This document shows, in pieces, positions 29,367-40,205 of a DNA stretch of 64,000 bases. The stretch is taken from the IMG/VR virus record IMGVR_UViG_3300028603_000001, positions 116,801 to 180,800 of that record; one strand, written 5' to 3'. The translations under genes were made by a program, and so were the position numbers. Position 1 is the first letter of the stretch; each line of letters opens with the position of its first letter. Origin of the DNA: a virus. Lineage: Duplodnaviria; Caudoviricetes. The notes beneath the pieces are model-generated. The model did no database searches. It was not told where the DNA came from and saw only the letters and a list, made by a program, of their open reading frames with translations.

Positions 29367-30392
29367 TTAAAAGTCACCATTAATAATTCTTTTATTTACA
29401 GACATTACCCACTCTTCAATTTTTTTAATATCTGGCTTTTTAGGTAACTTAGTTGTTTCTAATGCACGTTTACATTTTTCCTCAATTGAAGCTACTAAAT
29501 CGTAAAACTCTTGATTCATAGTTCCATCTTTATCCATATATTTACCATTTCTGATATCCATTAGTAATTCATGGTCTTTTTTTCTATAAGTAATAATTTT
29601 TCCTTTTTTAAGAATATCTAAACACATTAAATATAATCTGACTAAATGCATAGCATGTTTATTTAAATGTGCATCATCTTTTTTGCGGTTTCTATTTAAA
29701 AGCTCTTTATAGTTTCTAGTAGTGTTAGAAATAGTTGAATATAAATTTTCTAAATCATCTGCTGGAAAATCTTTTAAATCTAAATCATAAACAAGCTTAC
29801 CATCTTTAACGTGAGCAAATGCTGGGTTAACTTCATTATTATGTTGCGCATTAAAAGCACTAATAGCATTTTCTAATGAAATAGCAATGTGCCTATTCTT
29901 TTCTTCTTCTATGTAATTATCTCTTGCAAGTGCGTTTTGTAATCTTTTTAAATTAGCTCTCGCATAACCACCAAAAGTATAAAAACATTTTTGAGATAAG
30001 AATAAATCTTTGTGCTCTAATAATTCTTTTCCTAGTGGTGATAAATAAATATAATGCTCTGGTTTTAAGCCTAAGCATTCAATAATATTAGGGTTATTAT
30101 CGATTAGTAATTTTACAATTTTATTAAACGCATAAATAGTTGTATCTGTAGATTCATTTATAAATTGTTCGAATGTTTTAAACCCAATGATTTCTTCAGG
30201 TCGTTCAATTGCGATACCCCTAATATCTACATCAGAGGTTTCAATGTTTGTTCCATAAGCGTGACTACCACCGAAGCATAACATGATGATATTTTTACCA
30301 AGATGCTCATTCTTTGTTAGGAACTCATAATCTTTATTTTTTAATATTTCCTCATATGAATATTTTTTTAATAATTCTTTTTCAATCATCAT
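29367..30392 (-). CDS. Pol-beta superfamily nucleotidyltransferase (RlaP/YcgL-like)
   Basis: GGSHAYGTN..SDVDIRG, NNPNIIE, KHAMHLVRL, LMDIRNG. Confidence 0.85.
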   Translation of the reverse strand: MMIEKELLKKYSYEEILKNKDYEFLTKNEHLGKNIIMLCFGGSHAYGTNIETSDVDIRGIAIERPEEIIGFKTFEQFINESTDTTIYAFNKIVKLLIDNNPNIIECLGLKPEHYIYLSPLGKELLEHKDLFLSQKCFYTFGGYARANLKRLQNALARDNYIEEEKNRHIAISLENAISAFNAQHNNEVNPAFAHVKDGKLVYDLDLKDFPADDLENLYSTISNTTRNYKELLNRNRKKDDAHLNKHAMHLVRLYLMCLDILKKGKIITYRKKDHELLMDIRNGKYMDKDGTMNQEFYDLVASIEEKCKRALETTKLPKKPDIKKIEEWVMSVNKRIINGDF

Positions 30393-30478
30393 CTAAAACC
30401 TCTTTCTTTTTTTGTTTATTTTTGTGTTTTATTATATTGTTATTATAATATTGAACCATTTAAAAATCAACTCTTGAA

Positions 30479-30817
30479 CTATCTATGTGAATTAAAATAA
30501 TGAAATAGTGTATCTAAATTATAATTGTACATTTGAAATTTATCTTTAATTTTAGATAGTTTTCTTTTATCATAATCAGATAATATCTCAGCATCAATAA
30601 GATTACTCTTATATTGTAAAATTCTTATATCATGCACTAATTCATCACACTCTAATTTCCCATTAATTATTAGAAATTTATAATCAGAATTTAATAATCC
30701 AAATTTACTGAGGATATAAAATAATTTTATTGACTCATTTATGCCAAAGTTTTCAATTGAATAATATTTATTAAAAATCAAATAAAATAATGTAAAAAAG
30801 ATATTCAAAATTATCAC
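30479..30817 (-). CDS. Hypothetical protein
   Basis: GTG start with GGGA SD. Confidence 0.45.
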   Translation of the reverse strand: MIILNIFFTLFYLIFNKYYSIENFGINESIKLFYILSKFGLLNSDYKFLIINGKLECDELVHDIRILQYKSNLIDAEILSDYDKRKLSKIKDKFQMYNYNLDTLFHYFNSHR

Positions 30818-30842
30818 TTCCCTTCATATAACATATATTTAT

Positions 30843-31205
30843 TTATTCTGATTCAGACTTTACCTGAGGGTTCTTAACCACAAACAACTCAAACGTATCA
30901 TCATTTACGGTGAAATGTCTGTTATAGTGCGATGAATTTTTTATTGTATCAGATGTTACACAGATATCTCTTTCTGGAACACAGACATATTCTTCAACAA
31001 AATCAGCACATACTGTGTAAAGCATTGCGAAATAAACTTTTTTGCTAGGAAGCATTTCTTTCACCGGGTAATCACCTGCAGGAATTTCTATATACCAATG
31101 ACCATATTCATCTTGCTGAGCTTGATTTAAAAATTCTAGTAACATTGATTTTGTAAGTATTTTTTTATTATGTAAAATATCATTTATATCTACCATCTTA
31201 ATCAT
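30843..31205 (-). CDS. Hypothetical protein
   Basis: Coupled to upstream stop. Confidence 0.6.
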   Translation of the reverse strand: MIKMVDINDILHNKKILTKSMLLEFLNQAQQDEYGHWYIEIPAGDYPVKEMLPSKKVYFAMLYTVCADFVEEYVCVPERDICVTSDTIKNSSHYNRHFTVNDDTFELFVVKNPQVKSESE

Positions 31206-31837
31206 TATTCTCCTTCATCTTCTCTATCACCCTTATCATCTACAGATTTTTCAATATACATATCTGCAATATTTCCTACTAATTCTAACTCACCAACAAC
31301 ATCTGCGATATCAGGAAGAAGAACGTTTTCATCACTCAATAACATATACTGACCTTCTTCAAAAACAACCCTATAATAATCATAACCATCAGTTAAAACA
31401 TCATTTTCATAGATGTCATTTTTATAGTAATCTTGAAGACCAATAAATTGACATAAACTTCCATCTAATATTTTTCCGTTATCAGTAGATAATTGGCAAC
31501 CCCCTATATAGGTTGTGTAATAATGTTTATTAAGTTTTTTATTATAGTTTTTATAAAAAGCTATTCCAGTTCCATAGACCCATTCTCTACTAACTTCATT
31601 TATTCCTTTAAATTTATAACGCTCGATTTTAGATTGTTCTGATTTAAATTCATTAACCTTACGCTCTATCATCTTTCTCTTCTTGGCGCATTTTATTCTA
31701 TTACTGCTTGATTTGTAGACCATAAAAAATAAAGATATCGCAAACAAACCACCAAGAACAATAAAAACTGCTTTTAATATGTCATTATCTCTTTCAAATA
31801 ATATTGTTTCTAATAAAAGTATTCTAACAGTATTCAT
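31205..31837 (-). CDS. YopX-family protein with N-terminal TM segment
   Basis: EWVYG...QFIGLQD...IYENDV...ELVGNI. Confidence 0.7.
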   Translation of the reverse strand: MNTVRILLLETILFERDNDILKAVFIVLGGLFAISLFFMVYKSSSNRIKCAKKRKMIERKVNEFKSEQSKIERYKFKGINEVSREWVYGTGIAFYKNYNKKLNKHYYTTYIGGCQLSTDNGKILDGSLCQFIGLQDYYKNDIYENDVLTDGYDYYRVVFEEGQYMLLSDENVLLPDIADVVGELELVGNIADMYIEKSVDDKGDREDEGE

Positions 31838-31880
31838 ATATCCTAAATTACCTAATCCTTTCTATAAATTATTGTCTAAA

Positions 31881-32090
31881 CTACTCAGAAATATTTAATG
31901 TATAAACATCACCAATATCTTCAACGCTATAATCATCAACGATAAAATCACCATAATCGCTAAGATATTCTTTTTGTTCTTCTTCGCTTAATTGCTTAAA
32001 TTCTTTTAATTCTTCTTCATTTAAATCTAATTCATAATGACCTGATCTTAAATACCCTGATACATAATCAACATATCCTGTTACTTTCAT
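31881..32090 (-). CDS. Hypothetical acidic protein
   Basis: AAGGAG SD. Confidence 0.6.
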   Translation of the reverse strand: MKVTGYVDYVSGYLRSGHYELDLNEEELKEFKQLSEEEQKEYLSDYGDFIVDDYSVEDIGDVYTLNISE

Positions 32091-32180
32091 ATTTTAATAT
32101 TTTCTCCTTTCTTTATCTATTTTTGTTTGTACGAATTTTCTAAACCAATAACCTCTTCCATAATGACTTTCACCTACTCA

Positions 32181-32621
32181 TCATTTGAAAATAAAATCAA
32201 CGTCAACGTCAACATTGTTTTCTGTGCTACTTTTTCTTCTTCGTTCTAACTCTATTTCTCTCATTAGAGCTTCCATTTCCATCCAGTTCAAATCAACTTT
32301 ATTTAAATCAGCAATAGCTTTTAGTTCTTCTACTGTAAAAACGCTATAATTAAAATCAATGTTTAAATCATTATAATCTGTAACTTTTACATCTTCATAT
32401 AAAATAGGTTTAAAATCATCATTATATTTCTTATTTATATTATCACATATTCTTTGAATTCTTTTTTTCTGTTTATAAGCGATAAGCTTAAACTCTTTTG
32501 ATTCATTTTTTAGCATATACGAACGAAATATTTTATGTTTGCCTAATTTTTTTGAATAGTACAAAGCTCTTGCTTCTTTTTTATATCTTTGTCTTTCACT
32601 ATAAGCTATGTATAACTTCAT
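32181..32621 (-). CDS. Hypothetical protein
   Basis: GGAGG SD. Confidence 0.6.
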   Translation of the reverse strand: MKLYIAYSERQRYKKEARALYYSKKLGKHKIFRSYMLKNESKEFKLIAYKQKKRIQRICDNINKKYNDDFKPILYEDVKVTDYNDLNIDFNYSVFTVEELKAIADLNKVDLNWMEMEALMREIELERRRKSSTENNVDVDVDFIFK

Positions 32622-32737
32622 ATTTTACATACCTCCTTTTTTTATTTATTTATTATATAATATTAAAATATACAATATTTTTAATCTTTATTATAAGTTA
32701 AATTTTTTTAATTAAAAAAAGATGCTTAGCAACAAAC

Positions 32738-33082
32738 TTAAGCATCTTCTTCTATTTTTTTGTCTAGAATATTCAAATATCTATCATAGTTACTTTGTGT
32801 GTTGTTAACCTTCTTCTCAACAGAATTTATCTTTTCCTTAACTTCTTTAAGATGCTCACGCGCTTCTTGTTCCATTAAAGCTTTTATAATATCTTGTCGA
32901 CTAGGTTTTTTTATAATAACAATAGTCCAAAGCACCCCTTTAGCTAAACATACACTTAATAGCAATTGAACTAACTTCCAGCGTTCTAAGCAAACTCCTA
33001 TTATTAATGATATAATTAATAAGACGGTTAAAACAGTAACAACTAAGAAATAGGTATAATATAGCAATAATTTCTTCATCAA
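32738..33082 (-). CDS. Two-TM membrane protein
   Basis: Two hydrophobic helices plus coiled coil. Confidence 0.6.
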   Translation of the reverse strand: MMKKLLLYYTYFLVVTVLTVLLIISLIIGVCLERWKLVQLLLSVCLAKGVLWTIVIIKKPSRQDIIKALMEQEAREHLKEVKEKINSVEKKVNNTQSNYDRYLNILDKKIEEDA

Positions 33083-33208
33083 TTCTCCTTTTTGGTGCTA
33101 TTTTAAAATACAATTATTCTTCTTATGCCTATGTCCTTTCATAAAAAATACTACCATCTTTATAATACAAATAATCATATTCCGACATATAATATAGCAG
33201 ATGTTAGC

Positions 33209-33964
33209 TTAATGTATTTCTTGGTTTTCTTCATTAATATTTTCATCTTCTATTTGTTCAATAGGTTCGTTGATATAAAAAAATTTCTTCCATTTTTTAA
33301 TATTTATTGATAATCTAAACATATTATTCGCATAACGTATATATAGAGATGCTTTTTTCAATTTATTCAAACATATACTTCCTACAAAATTAAAAGTCAA
33401 GTCTTTAGGATTAACATATATCAAGCCTTCTCTTAAACTGTTAAAATCTTTATAAGCAACGTGAGCTTTGAAAATCAATGAATCAGCATTATTAACAATA
33501 TTTAAAAGTTCATCAATAGTATTAAGTAGCTGTTTATATTGACTTTGATTAAAAATATCACACGCCAATTTCTCAGCTAACAATAGATTTAATACCTCAT
33601 TTCTAGAGCGACCTTTTATATCATCGACTCCTAGAACAACATTTCTAGTAACAGTGTTTAATCTTCTTATCTGCTCTTTTTCCTCATTACGCTTTAACTG
33701 TGCTAACCTAGCTTCAGCTTGCTCTTTAGTAAAGTAGAAATTATATGTGCTCCAACGATATGAGTTTTTATACTGATATGTATCTAAAGTTAGGTATTCA
33801 CCAAAAATAGAGTCTCCCTCATTAATAGCTACCTTATAACGCATAAAAGGTTTTCCAAAATGTGGATCTTCTTCAGCAAGTATTATTTTTCCTTCAGCTA
33901 TCTTCTTATAATACTTATTAACAATATATAAAGTTTTCCCTAAATTTTTTTCTGATGTTTTCAT
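33209..33964 (-). CDS. Hypothetical protein
   Basis: Long ORF with SD. Confidence 0.65.
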   Translation of the reverse strand: MKTSEKNLGKTLYIVNKYYKKIAEGKIILAEEDPHFGKPFMRYKVAINEGDSIFGEYLTLDTYQYKNSYRWSTYNFYFTKEQAEARLAQLKRNEEKEQIRRLNTVTRNVVLGVDDIKGRSRNEVLNLLLAEKLACDIFNQSQYKQLLNTIDELLNIVNNADSLIFKAHVAYKDFNSLREGLIYVNPKDLTFNFVGSICLNKLKKASLYIRYANNMFRLSINIKKWKKFFYINEPIEQIEDENINEENQEIH

Positions 33965-34200
33965 ATTTTATTAATCCTTATTTTTCTATATTCTCTTCTT
34001 CTAATAATTATTTCTTCTTATTGAGCATAAACTCATTGAAGTTCTGAAGTATTATTATTTCATTAGTTGCAACCTTAATCACAACATTGTTATTCTTATC
34101 AATAATAATACTTCAACCAAACCACCCCTTTTAAAATCAAAATTAGCTAGCTAATTATAATCAAAATTAACTAGCTATTTATCTCTTTTTTAGATTTTTT

Positions 34201-34494
34201 TTATTCTACAATTTCAATATTATAAAATAAAATATTTTCTTTTATAAATTCATCTAATGTTCCATTATAATCAAAATCATTATCTTCTTCAACAATATAT
34301 ATACTAATATTACCTTTTTTATAACTAATATAAGCATCATATGCTAAAGCAAAATTATCATAACTTAATTTAATAACTTTAGATTGATCATTTTTAATGT
34401 AATCTAATGCATTTTTTAGTTGATCATAATTATACTTAATATCATTTTCCATACTTTCATCATAATTCTTTTTTAATAATTCAAAACTAATCAT
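34201..34494 (-). CDS. Hypothetical protein
   Basis: Own promoter and AAGGAG SD. Confidence 0.6.
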   Translation of the reverse strand: MISFELLKKNYDESMENDIKYNYDQLKNALDYIKNDQSKVIKLSYDNFALAYDAYISYKKGNISIYIVEEDNDFDYNGTLDEFIKENILFYNIEIVE

Positions 34495-34560
34495 TTTTAT
34501 ATCTCCTTATTCTGTTTTTCTTTACATTTATATTATATAATAAATTAAGAAATAAATCAA

Positions 34561-34728
34561 CTAAGCATACATATCAAATTCATCATCTTTTTTATCTTCA
34601 ATCAATTCTTCTAAAACGTTAATAACGAATTTTAACTCTTCAATTGAGAATGTATTAAAATTCAATTTAATAATTCTTTTATTTTCATCATCAATCTCTT
34701 TTTGCAAATCTTTATATAAATAACTCAT
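34561..34728 (-). CDS. Hypothetical protein, 55 aa
   Basis: MSYLYKDLQKEID... with GAGG SD. Confidence 0.5.
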   Translation of the reverse strand: MSYLYKDLQKEIDDENKRIIKLNFNTFSIEELKFVINVLEELIEDKKDDEFDMYA

Positions 34729-34813
34729 TTTTTAATTACCTCAGTTTCAATGATTTTAATAAATATACAATAAAAAACGCACCAACTATTTTCTTATGAT
34801 GCGTTTTCAAATA

Positions 34814-35422
34814 TTATTTAATTTCAGTATTTATTTGTTCTAGTATTGGAAGAACACTTTTACAAGTATGGCACGCACCACAAGGCTTTCCATCAGCATC
34901 AGGAATACGACAAAACCAACACATATCTAAAAGGTCTTTAGGCATTTCTTTCATCAATGTTTTCTTCTTGGTGTTTGATATCATATCTATAACGCTTAAT
35001 GTTCTACCACAAACAATTTTTCTTACCGCTTCTGCGTTTTTAGATCTTCTCCGCATTTCTATAATTCCCATTCTCTCATATTCATCTCTAGGTGTACTAT
35101 AAACTATATGTGATATGTTGTAGGTTAAAGCGATCACACCAGAGATATATCCTTTGTGAAGAATGCTATCCAAAGGCATTTTAAACTCTTTAGGCTGTTC
35201 AAATTTTGTTTCAACATATTTAAAATCATCTAATCCATGCTCTTTTAACCAATCAAGAATTTTATGGCATGCCTCTAACTCTTTCTCCCATCTTCCAGTA
35301 TTGTTAACTAATATATTATGATGAACGATAACTGTTTCATCTGATTTTTTATAATCTTTCATATATTTATAAAGGCAGTATGTGCTATCGATACCGCCTG
35401 AAAAATTAATCAATGTAATCAT
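34814..35422 (-). CDS. QueC-like PP-loop ATPase
   Basis: NFSGGIDS PP-loop; C-terminal CWFC...PCGACHTC zinc site. Confidence 0.7.
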   Translation of the reverse strand: MITLINFSGGIDSTYCLYKYMKDYKKSDETVIVHHNILVNNTGRWEKELEACHKILDWLKEHGLDDFKYVETKFEQPKEFKMPLDSILHKGYISGVIALTYNISHIVYSTPRDEYERMGIIEMRRRSKNAEAVRKIVCGRTLSVIDMISNTKKKTLMKEMPKDLLDMCWFCRIPDADGKPCGACHTCKSVLPILEQINTEIK

Positions 35423-35458
35423 TATTTATAATCTCCTTTAGTTCGTTTACTGATGTAT

Positions 35459-36370
35459 TTATTTATTATATGGACGAACTAAAACTCTATAGTGTCTTAC
35501 CTGACCATGTTTTACATTAACAATTCTATCTGTATTATAACCACCAGCTACAATCGTTTCTACTTTAGCTTGTCCGTCTTCGCCAGTTACTATTCCATTT
35601 AATGTTCCATCCATGCCTACTCTTAAGTCTGAAACATCAGTTATGTTTCCAATAATTTCAGTAACTTTTTCAACTAACTCATGATATCTATCTTGCATAT
35701 AACTATCAACATATTTTATAAATTCTTTTTCATCTCTTCTAAATTTTAAATCAATAGCAGTTCCAACCCAACCAGTTTTATAAATATCTTTCTGTGTCTG
35801 AATAAGCTCTTTATACGTTGTAGTCCATTCTTCTCTAGACATTGTTTGAAGTAATGTCCACTTATTGCTGTTCCAACTACTAATGTCACCACCGACTTTG
35901 TAGTATTCATCAACCAAAGGTCTAACTAATTCTAATACTTCATCTTTCCAATTATCAAAAAAATCTTTAAATATTTTAATAACAGGTCTGCTTTCTTTTT
36001 CATCTAGTAATGCAAGAGCATTTAAATACTTTTTCTTTGTAAGATTACTGTCTTCTAAATCTCTTTTAGCATATTTTATTTCGTTATCACATTCATCTAA
36101 AAAAGATTTATAACTATATTCTATGAAATCTTTACATTCTTGCAGAGTATCTCTTCCACCAAAATCTATATATCTACATCTAATTAAATCTTCTAATGTT
36201 TTTACTTCTTTTGGATTATCTATACAAGATCTATACCAACTGATACTCTCTTTAATAAAGCTTTCAACATTCTTTTTGTTTTCCCATTTACTTATTCTCT
36301 TATTAATTTTTTCAATTCTTGTTTCTAGCTTTGCTAATCTATCTAACAAAGTTTCTTTTGACATTGCCAT
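35459..36370 (-). CDS. Conserved phage protein (coiled-coil N-terminus)
   Basis: C-terminal LNGIV.G..G.AKVETI.AGGYN...HYRVLV. Confidence 0.65.
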   Translation of the reverse strand: MAMSKETLLDRLAKLETRIEKINKRISKWENKKNVESFIKESISWYRSCIDNPKEVKTLEDLIRCRYIDFGGRDTLQECKDFIEYSYKSFLDECDNEIKYAKRDLEDSNLTKKKYLNALALLDEKESRPVIKIFKDFFDNWKDEVLELVRPLVDEYYKVGGDISSWNSNKWTLLQTMSREEWTTTYKELIQTQKDIYKTGWVGTAIDLKFRRDEKEFIKYVDSYMQDRYHELVEKVTEIIGNITDVSDLRVGMDGTLNGIVTGEDGQAKVETIVAGGYNTDRIVNVKHGQVRHYRVLVRPYNK

Positions 36371-36432
36371 AATCTGCTATCTCTCTTTCCTTGTTACTTT
36401 TTATATCTATATTATATAATAAACCAGTAAGA

Positions 36433-36921
36433 TTAATCAACTTTCGTATATTTTCTCTTTCCTTTTATAATCAAGTTTCCTAAATTAGTCGCAGACCTCT
36501 CAAACCATATTTCATCATATGGTGGTGTTATTTTCTTAGAGAGTTTTTGATACCAATATCTCGTCGCACTAGGAATAGCGACTAGGAATGGGAATAAAGG
36601 ACCTAAAATTACTTGATGTATATGACCATACTCATGCATAGCGGTATGTTCACTGCTTTTTTTGCTTTGTAAAAACATTAGTCCTAAAGTTAATCCACCC
36701 CAACTATTTCCAATAATAAATCTATATGTATTATGATATTTTTCAGGTCTTTTTCCACCAATAAGTAAAACTAATGTAACTAATAGACCTAATATAGTCA
36801 TCGGAAGTGCCCAGGTAAACATTAATAACCAAAACAATACTTTATGTTTGCTTAAATACAGACCAGTCTTTTCGCATAGATTATACATAAATAATCCATA
36901 TCCTTTTAACGGTTTTAGCAT
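36433..36921 (-). CDS. Membrane protein with HExxH metallopeptidase motif
   Basis: TM helices, GGLTLG, HEYGH, WFERSA; late motif upstream. Confidence 0.65.
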   Translation of the reverse strand: MLKPLKGYGLFMYNLCEKTGLYLSKHKVLFWLLMFTWALPMTILGLLVTLVLLIGGKRPEKYHNTYRFIIGNSWGGLTLGLMFLQSKKSSEHTAMHEYGHIHQVILGPLFPFLVAIPSATRYWYQKLSKKITPPYDEIWFERSATNLGNLIIKGKRKYTKVD

Positions 36922-37005
36922 AGTTTAGAATTCTCCTTTTTATTGCAATATTTTTTTTCACATATCTAATTAATTTAGCACGAGTATCAAAAAAAAGAAG
37001 AAATA

Positions 37006-37200
37006 TTATTTACTTCTAATCATCTGTAGATAACAATTTCTTAATTCATTAATAATTCGTTTCTTTTCTAATAGCGCCATAATAATATCAACACCAACTT
37101 CATTCTCTAATTTGTCATCAATGCGGTCAATATAATCAACGAAGAATTTTTCAACTTCATCTATATTAGCTGCTTTGCATATTTTTATATCTAATGCCAT
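37006..37200 (-). CDS. Hypothetical protein
   Basis: AAGGAG SD. Confidence 0.5.
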   Translation of the reverse strand: MALDIKICKAANIDEVEKFFVDYIDRIDDKLENEVGVDIIMALLEKKRIINELRNCYLQMIRSK

Positions 37201-37358
37201 TTTTTATTTCTCCTTCTAGTCCAATGCTTGATTTTTTGCAATCTGATCCAACATTTGAATCTGATTTTTTTCAATAAATATCTAATACCTTTTTTTCTAT
37301 GTTTTGTAGTACTTGTAGAATGTTCATTCTTTTCTCCTGGGTATAAAGGTCTTGCCAT
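37191..37358 (-). CDS. Small highly basic protein
   Basis: AAGGAG SD before ATG 37358. Confidence 0.5.
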   Translation of the reverse strand: MARPLYPGEKNEHSTSTTKHRKKGIRYLLKKIRFKCWIRLQKIKHWTRRRNKKWH

Positions 37359-37713
37359 AAGATTGAATTCTCCTTTCATTTATATTAGCTATTTTATTTT
37401 ATACGTGCATTATAATAATACATTTTTATTATATTCTTTATTTTTACCTAGTAAATTTAAGCTCTCTTGCATTTGTATATCGGTCTTAATAAAATCTATG
37501 TTAAATTAAATTAAAATTGATTCTGCGTTAATCTCTAAAGGATTTATTTTTACACTTGCTCAATTCTTAAAATTTCAATATTCCAACAAAATATCCTGCC
37601 AAGTTATCTGGAACATTATCTGGCGTTAATTTATTATATAAAATAAATACAGCCACAAGCGTGATAATAAAGGCAACGCCTAAAGTAATATAATACATAA
37701 ATTTTCTCCTCTC

Positions 37714-37998
37714 TTATTCATATTTATGTTTTAAAAAAGCTTCTATTTGTCTTACTTCAGTATTCCAATATTTAATTACTTCAGCTTTCGCTTCCTCATG
37801 GCTTTTTATATATATAGTACTGCAACTTTGAGGTGTTGGATACCCACATACTGAGCACTTGATGATATATTCATAACAACCAGGATAGCCATGACCATTT
37901 CCTCTATCCATCGATTCTTTCTCGATGTGTGGAATATTGCCACAGATTGGGCAAGCTTTAATTGCTTCATATTTTACTTTTGCTTTAATATTTTCCAT
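37714..37998 (-). CDS. Lar-like zinc-ribbon (restriction alleviation family) protein
   Basis: ACPICG...IKCSVCG...A...WN. Confidence 0.55.
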   Translation of the reverse strand: MENIKAKVKYEAIKACPICGNIPHIEKESMDRGNGHGYPGCYEYIIKCSVCGYPTPQSCSTIYIKSHEEAKAEVIKYWNTEVRQIEAFLKHKYE

Positions 37999-38085
37999 TT
38001 TATTCTCCTTTTCTTATGTCTAATTTTATCTACACCTTAATTATATAATAAAAAGAGTTGAAAAATCAACTCTTAGCTTTTTATC

Positions 38086-38385
38086 TTACTCATAACTATA
38101 AATTTCTTTTAACATATCACAATCAAAAATAAATTCAACGAAATCTTCAGAATCTGAGAATTCAGCAATTAAGCTCCTCTTTGCAATGTTAGGAATTGCT
38201 TCCCCAGTTTCTTCTAGGTAATACTCTGCCATATCAACATAACTATCATGTTCCAAAACTCCAAAACCTAATAAATGCATATAAGTCATTCTCAATACTT
38301 GCAACTCAGTCACATTTTTAACAACATATCTTATTGGTGAACGTTCTCCGCTGTACTTAATTGAAATTAAATAATTTGATGTCAT
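38086..38385 (-). CDS. Hypothetical protein
   Basis: AAGGAGG SD. Confidence 0.6.
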   Translation of the reverse strand: MTSNYLISIKYSGERSPIRYVVKNVTELQVLRMTYMHLLGFGVLEHDSYVDMAEYYLEETGEAIPNIAKRSLIAEFSDSEDFVEFIFDCDMLKEIYSYE

Positions 38386-38497
38386 AAATAATTTCCTCCT
38401 TATTTATTTACATATATTTTAGCTTAGTTACTGTATCAATTACCTTTTTTTAAATTATTTGATATTATAGTTTATTATTATTTTAACTTTATCGCAA

Positions 38498-38911
38498 TTA
38501 AAAACCCCAATCAATATTAGAAACTGATATTGATTTTTTATTCTTCTTTATCTCAAAGTTAAAGTCATAAACACAGTAATCATAAATTTCAGCTAAGTAA
38601 TCAACAATGAAACTCTCTGCCCCAACATCATCAACAACATCAAAATCTTCTATCTTAATTATTACCTCTGATGGAAGATTTAAATCGTTTTGGTCAATAA
38701 GGTCAAATTGTTTAAGTGCATATATAAGATTTTCTCTACATATTAATTCAGCAAAACCGCGATAAAATGCATACTTCCAGTCAGCAATATCATCATAATG
38801 CTTTTCAATTACCTTATCTAATAATATTAGTTCTTTTTTGTTTAATTCATAATCATTAAACAGTAAAGCCTGATTAATATTTTTTACAATAACTTCTTTC
38901 ATAGTTTCCAT
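38498..38911 (-). CDS. Hypothetical protein (C-terminal domain shared with 49710..50270)
   Basis: LP...YL.E...FNF...VSNIDWG. Confidence 0.6.
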   Translation of the reverse strand: METMKEVIVKNINQALLFNDYELNKKELILLDKVIEKHYDDIADWKYAFYRGFAELICRENLIYALKQFDLIDQNDLNLPSEVIIKIEDFDVVDDVGAESFIVDYLAEIYDYCVYDFNFEIKKNKKSISVSNIDWGF

Positions 38912-38970
38912 AAATAATTATCTCCTTTATTTTATATATATATTATATACTAATATGGGAATAAAATCAA

Positions 38971-39741
38971 CTATGGTAAATTAAAATTAACTGCTTCTTT
39001 AAAACTCATAAAGAAGTGTATACCCTCAGCACACTCTATCCATCTATTTTCATTAAAATCAGAAACTTCAACCGTTTTATCAATTTCATAAGCAAAATTA
39101 TAATCAAATAAACTGCGAGCGAGTTTTATATCATCTAATTTATTACCCGCTAAATCGTAGAAACCAACAACTAGTGCTTTATCACAGCGACATTTTCGTG
39201 TAGTTGCGCTACTTCTTTTTGCATCTTTTGGAATAAGTAATTCGACAATAACAAATTCTTGTTTCTCTGCTACAACAGCTATACACTTTTTAAATCCTGT
39301 AAATGCTCCTATTTCCGGACATTGTAAATGATAAAAGGCTGTAGATTCATTTGCACTAACTCTACTTAAATCAGCCCTGTTTAAATTAGCCCTGTTTAAA
39401 TTAGCATAACGCAAATTAGCACCACTTAAATCAGCTCCGCGCAAATTAGCATTACTTAAATCAGCTCCACGGAAATCAACCATAAATAAAATAGAATCAC
39501 GTAAATCAGCGCCTCGTAAAATAGCATTAATTAAATTAACATTATTTAAATCAGCACCTCGTAAAATAGCATTACTTAAATTAGCACCGCTTAAATCAGC
39601 ACCGCTTAAATTAGTCCCAATTAAATAAGCCTTGCGTAAATTAGTATTACTTAAATCAGCACGTTCACCGCCTCTTCTGTTCAGCCAATCTGCGTGTTTT
39701 TCTAAAATTTCTTCTAATTCTTTTTCAGTTATTTCTCTCAT
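38971..39741 (-). CDS. Pentapeptide-repeat protein with DUF5758-like C-terminus
   Basis: A(D/N)Lxx repeats; GFKK, AKRSSATTRKCRCDKA, ECAEGIHFF. Confidence 0.85.
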   Translation of the reverse strand: MREITEKELEEILEKHADWLNRRGGERADLSNTNLRKAYLIGTNLSGADLSGANLSNAILRGADLNNVNLINAILRGADLRDSILFMVDFRGADLSNANLRGADLSGANLRYANLNRANLNRADLSRVSANESTAFYHLQCPEIGAFTGFKKCIAVVAEKQEFVIVELLIPKDAKRSSATTRKCRCDKALVVGFYDLAGNKLDDIKLARSLFDYNFAYEIDKTVEVSDFNENRWIECAEGIHFFMSFKEAVNFNLP

Positions 39742-39839
39742 TTTTATATTTTCCTTTCATGACATATTTATATATACATATTATATAATAAAACAAGCTA
39801 TAAATCAACTTTATAGCTTATTTGTTTTATTTTATTTTT

Positions 39840-40175
39840 TTATTCTAAACCCCAGCTAGCAAGTTCTTCAATAGTTTCGCCATCAATTTGACTTTCAGTT
39901 ACTTTCTGCATCACCACATATTCATACTCTTCAGGAGTTTGTTCTGTTAAGTATTTGAAATCAGCTCTCACATCATCAAAATCATCATATCGCTCTGAAA
40001 GTTCTTCATTACTACCTTTTTCTTTCGACACAAGCATATAGAATTGTTCATCCTCTTCTACTGCAATTACAACATTATAAACATCTTGATACTGTTTCAA
40101 TATTCTTATTGAGTTAATTTCAACAGGATCATTTGACATCGCTTCTTTGTAAGAATTTCCATAATAATATTTCAT
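39840..40175 (-). CDS. Hypothetical protein (paralog family B)
   Basis: ERYDDFDDVRADFKYLTEQ shared with 42342 and 42672 ORFs. Confidence 0.65.
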   Translation of the reverse strand: MKYYYGNSYKEAMSNDPVEINSIRILKQYQDVYNVVIAVEEDEQFYMLVSKEKGSNEELSERYDDFDDVRADFKYLTEQTPEEYEYVVMQKVTESQIDGETIEELASWGLE

Positions 40176-40205
40176 ACACCTTCTCCTCTCTTATATTTGT
40201 GCATA

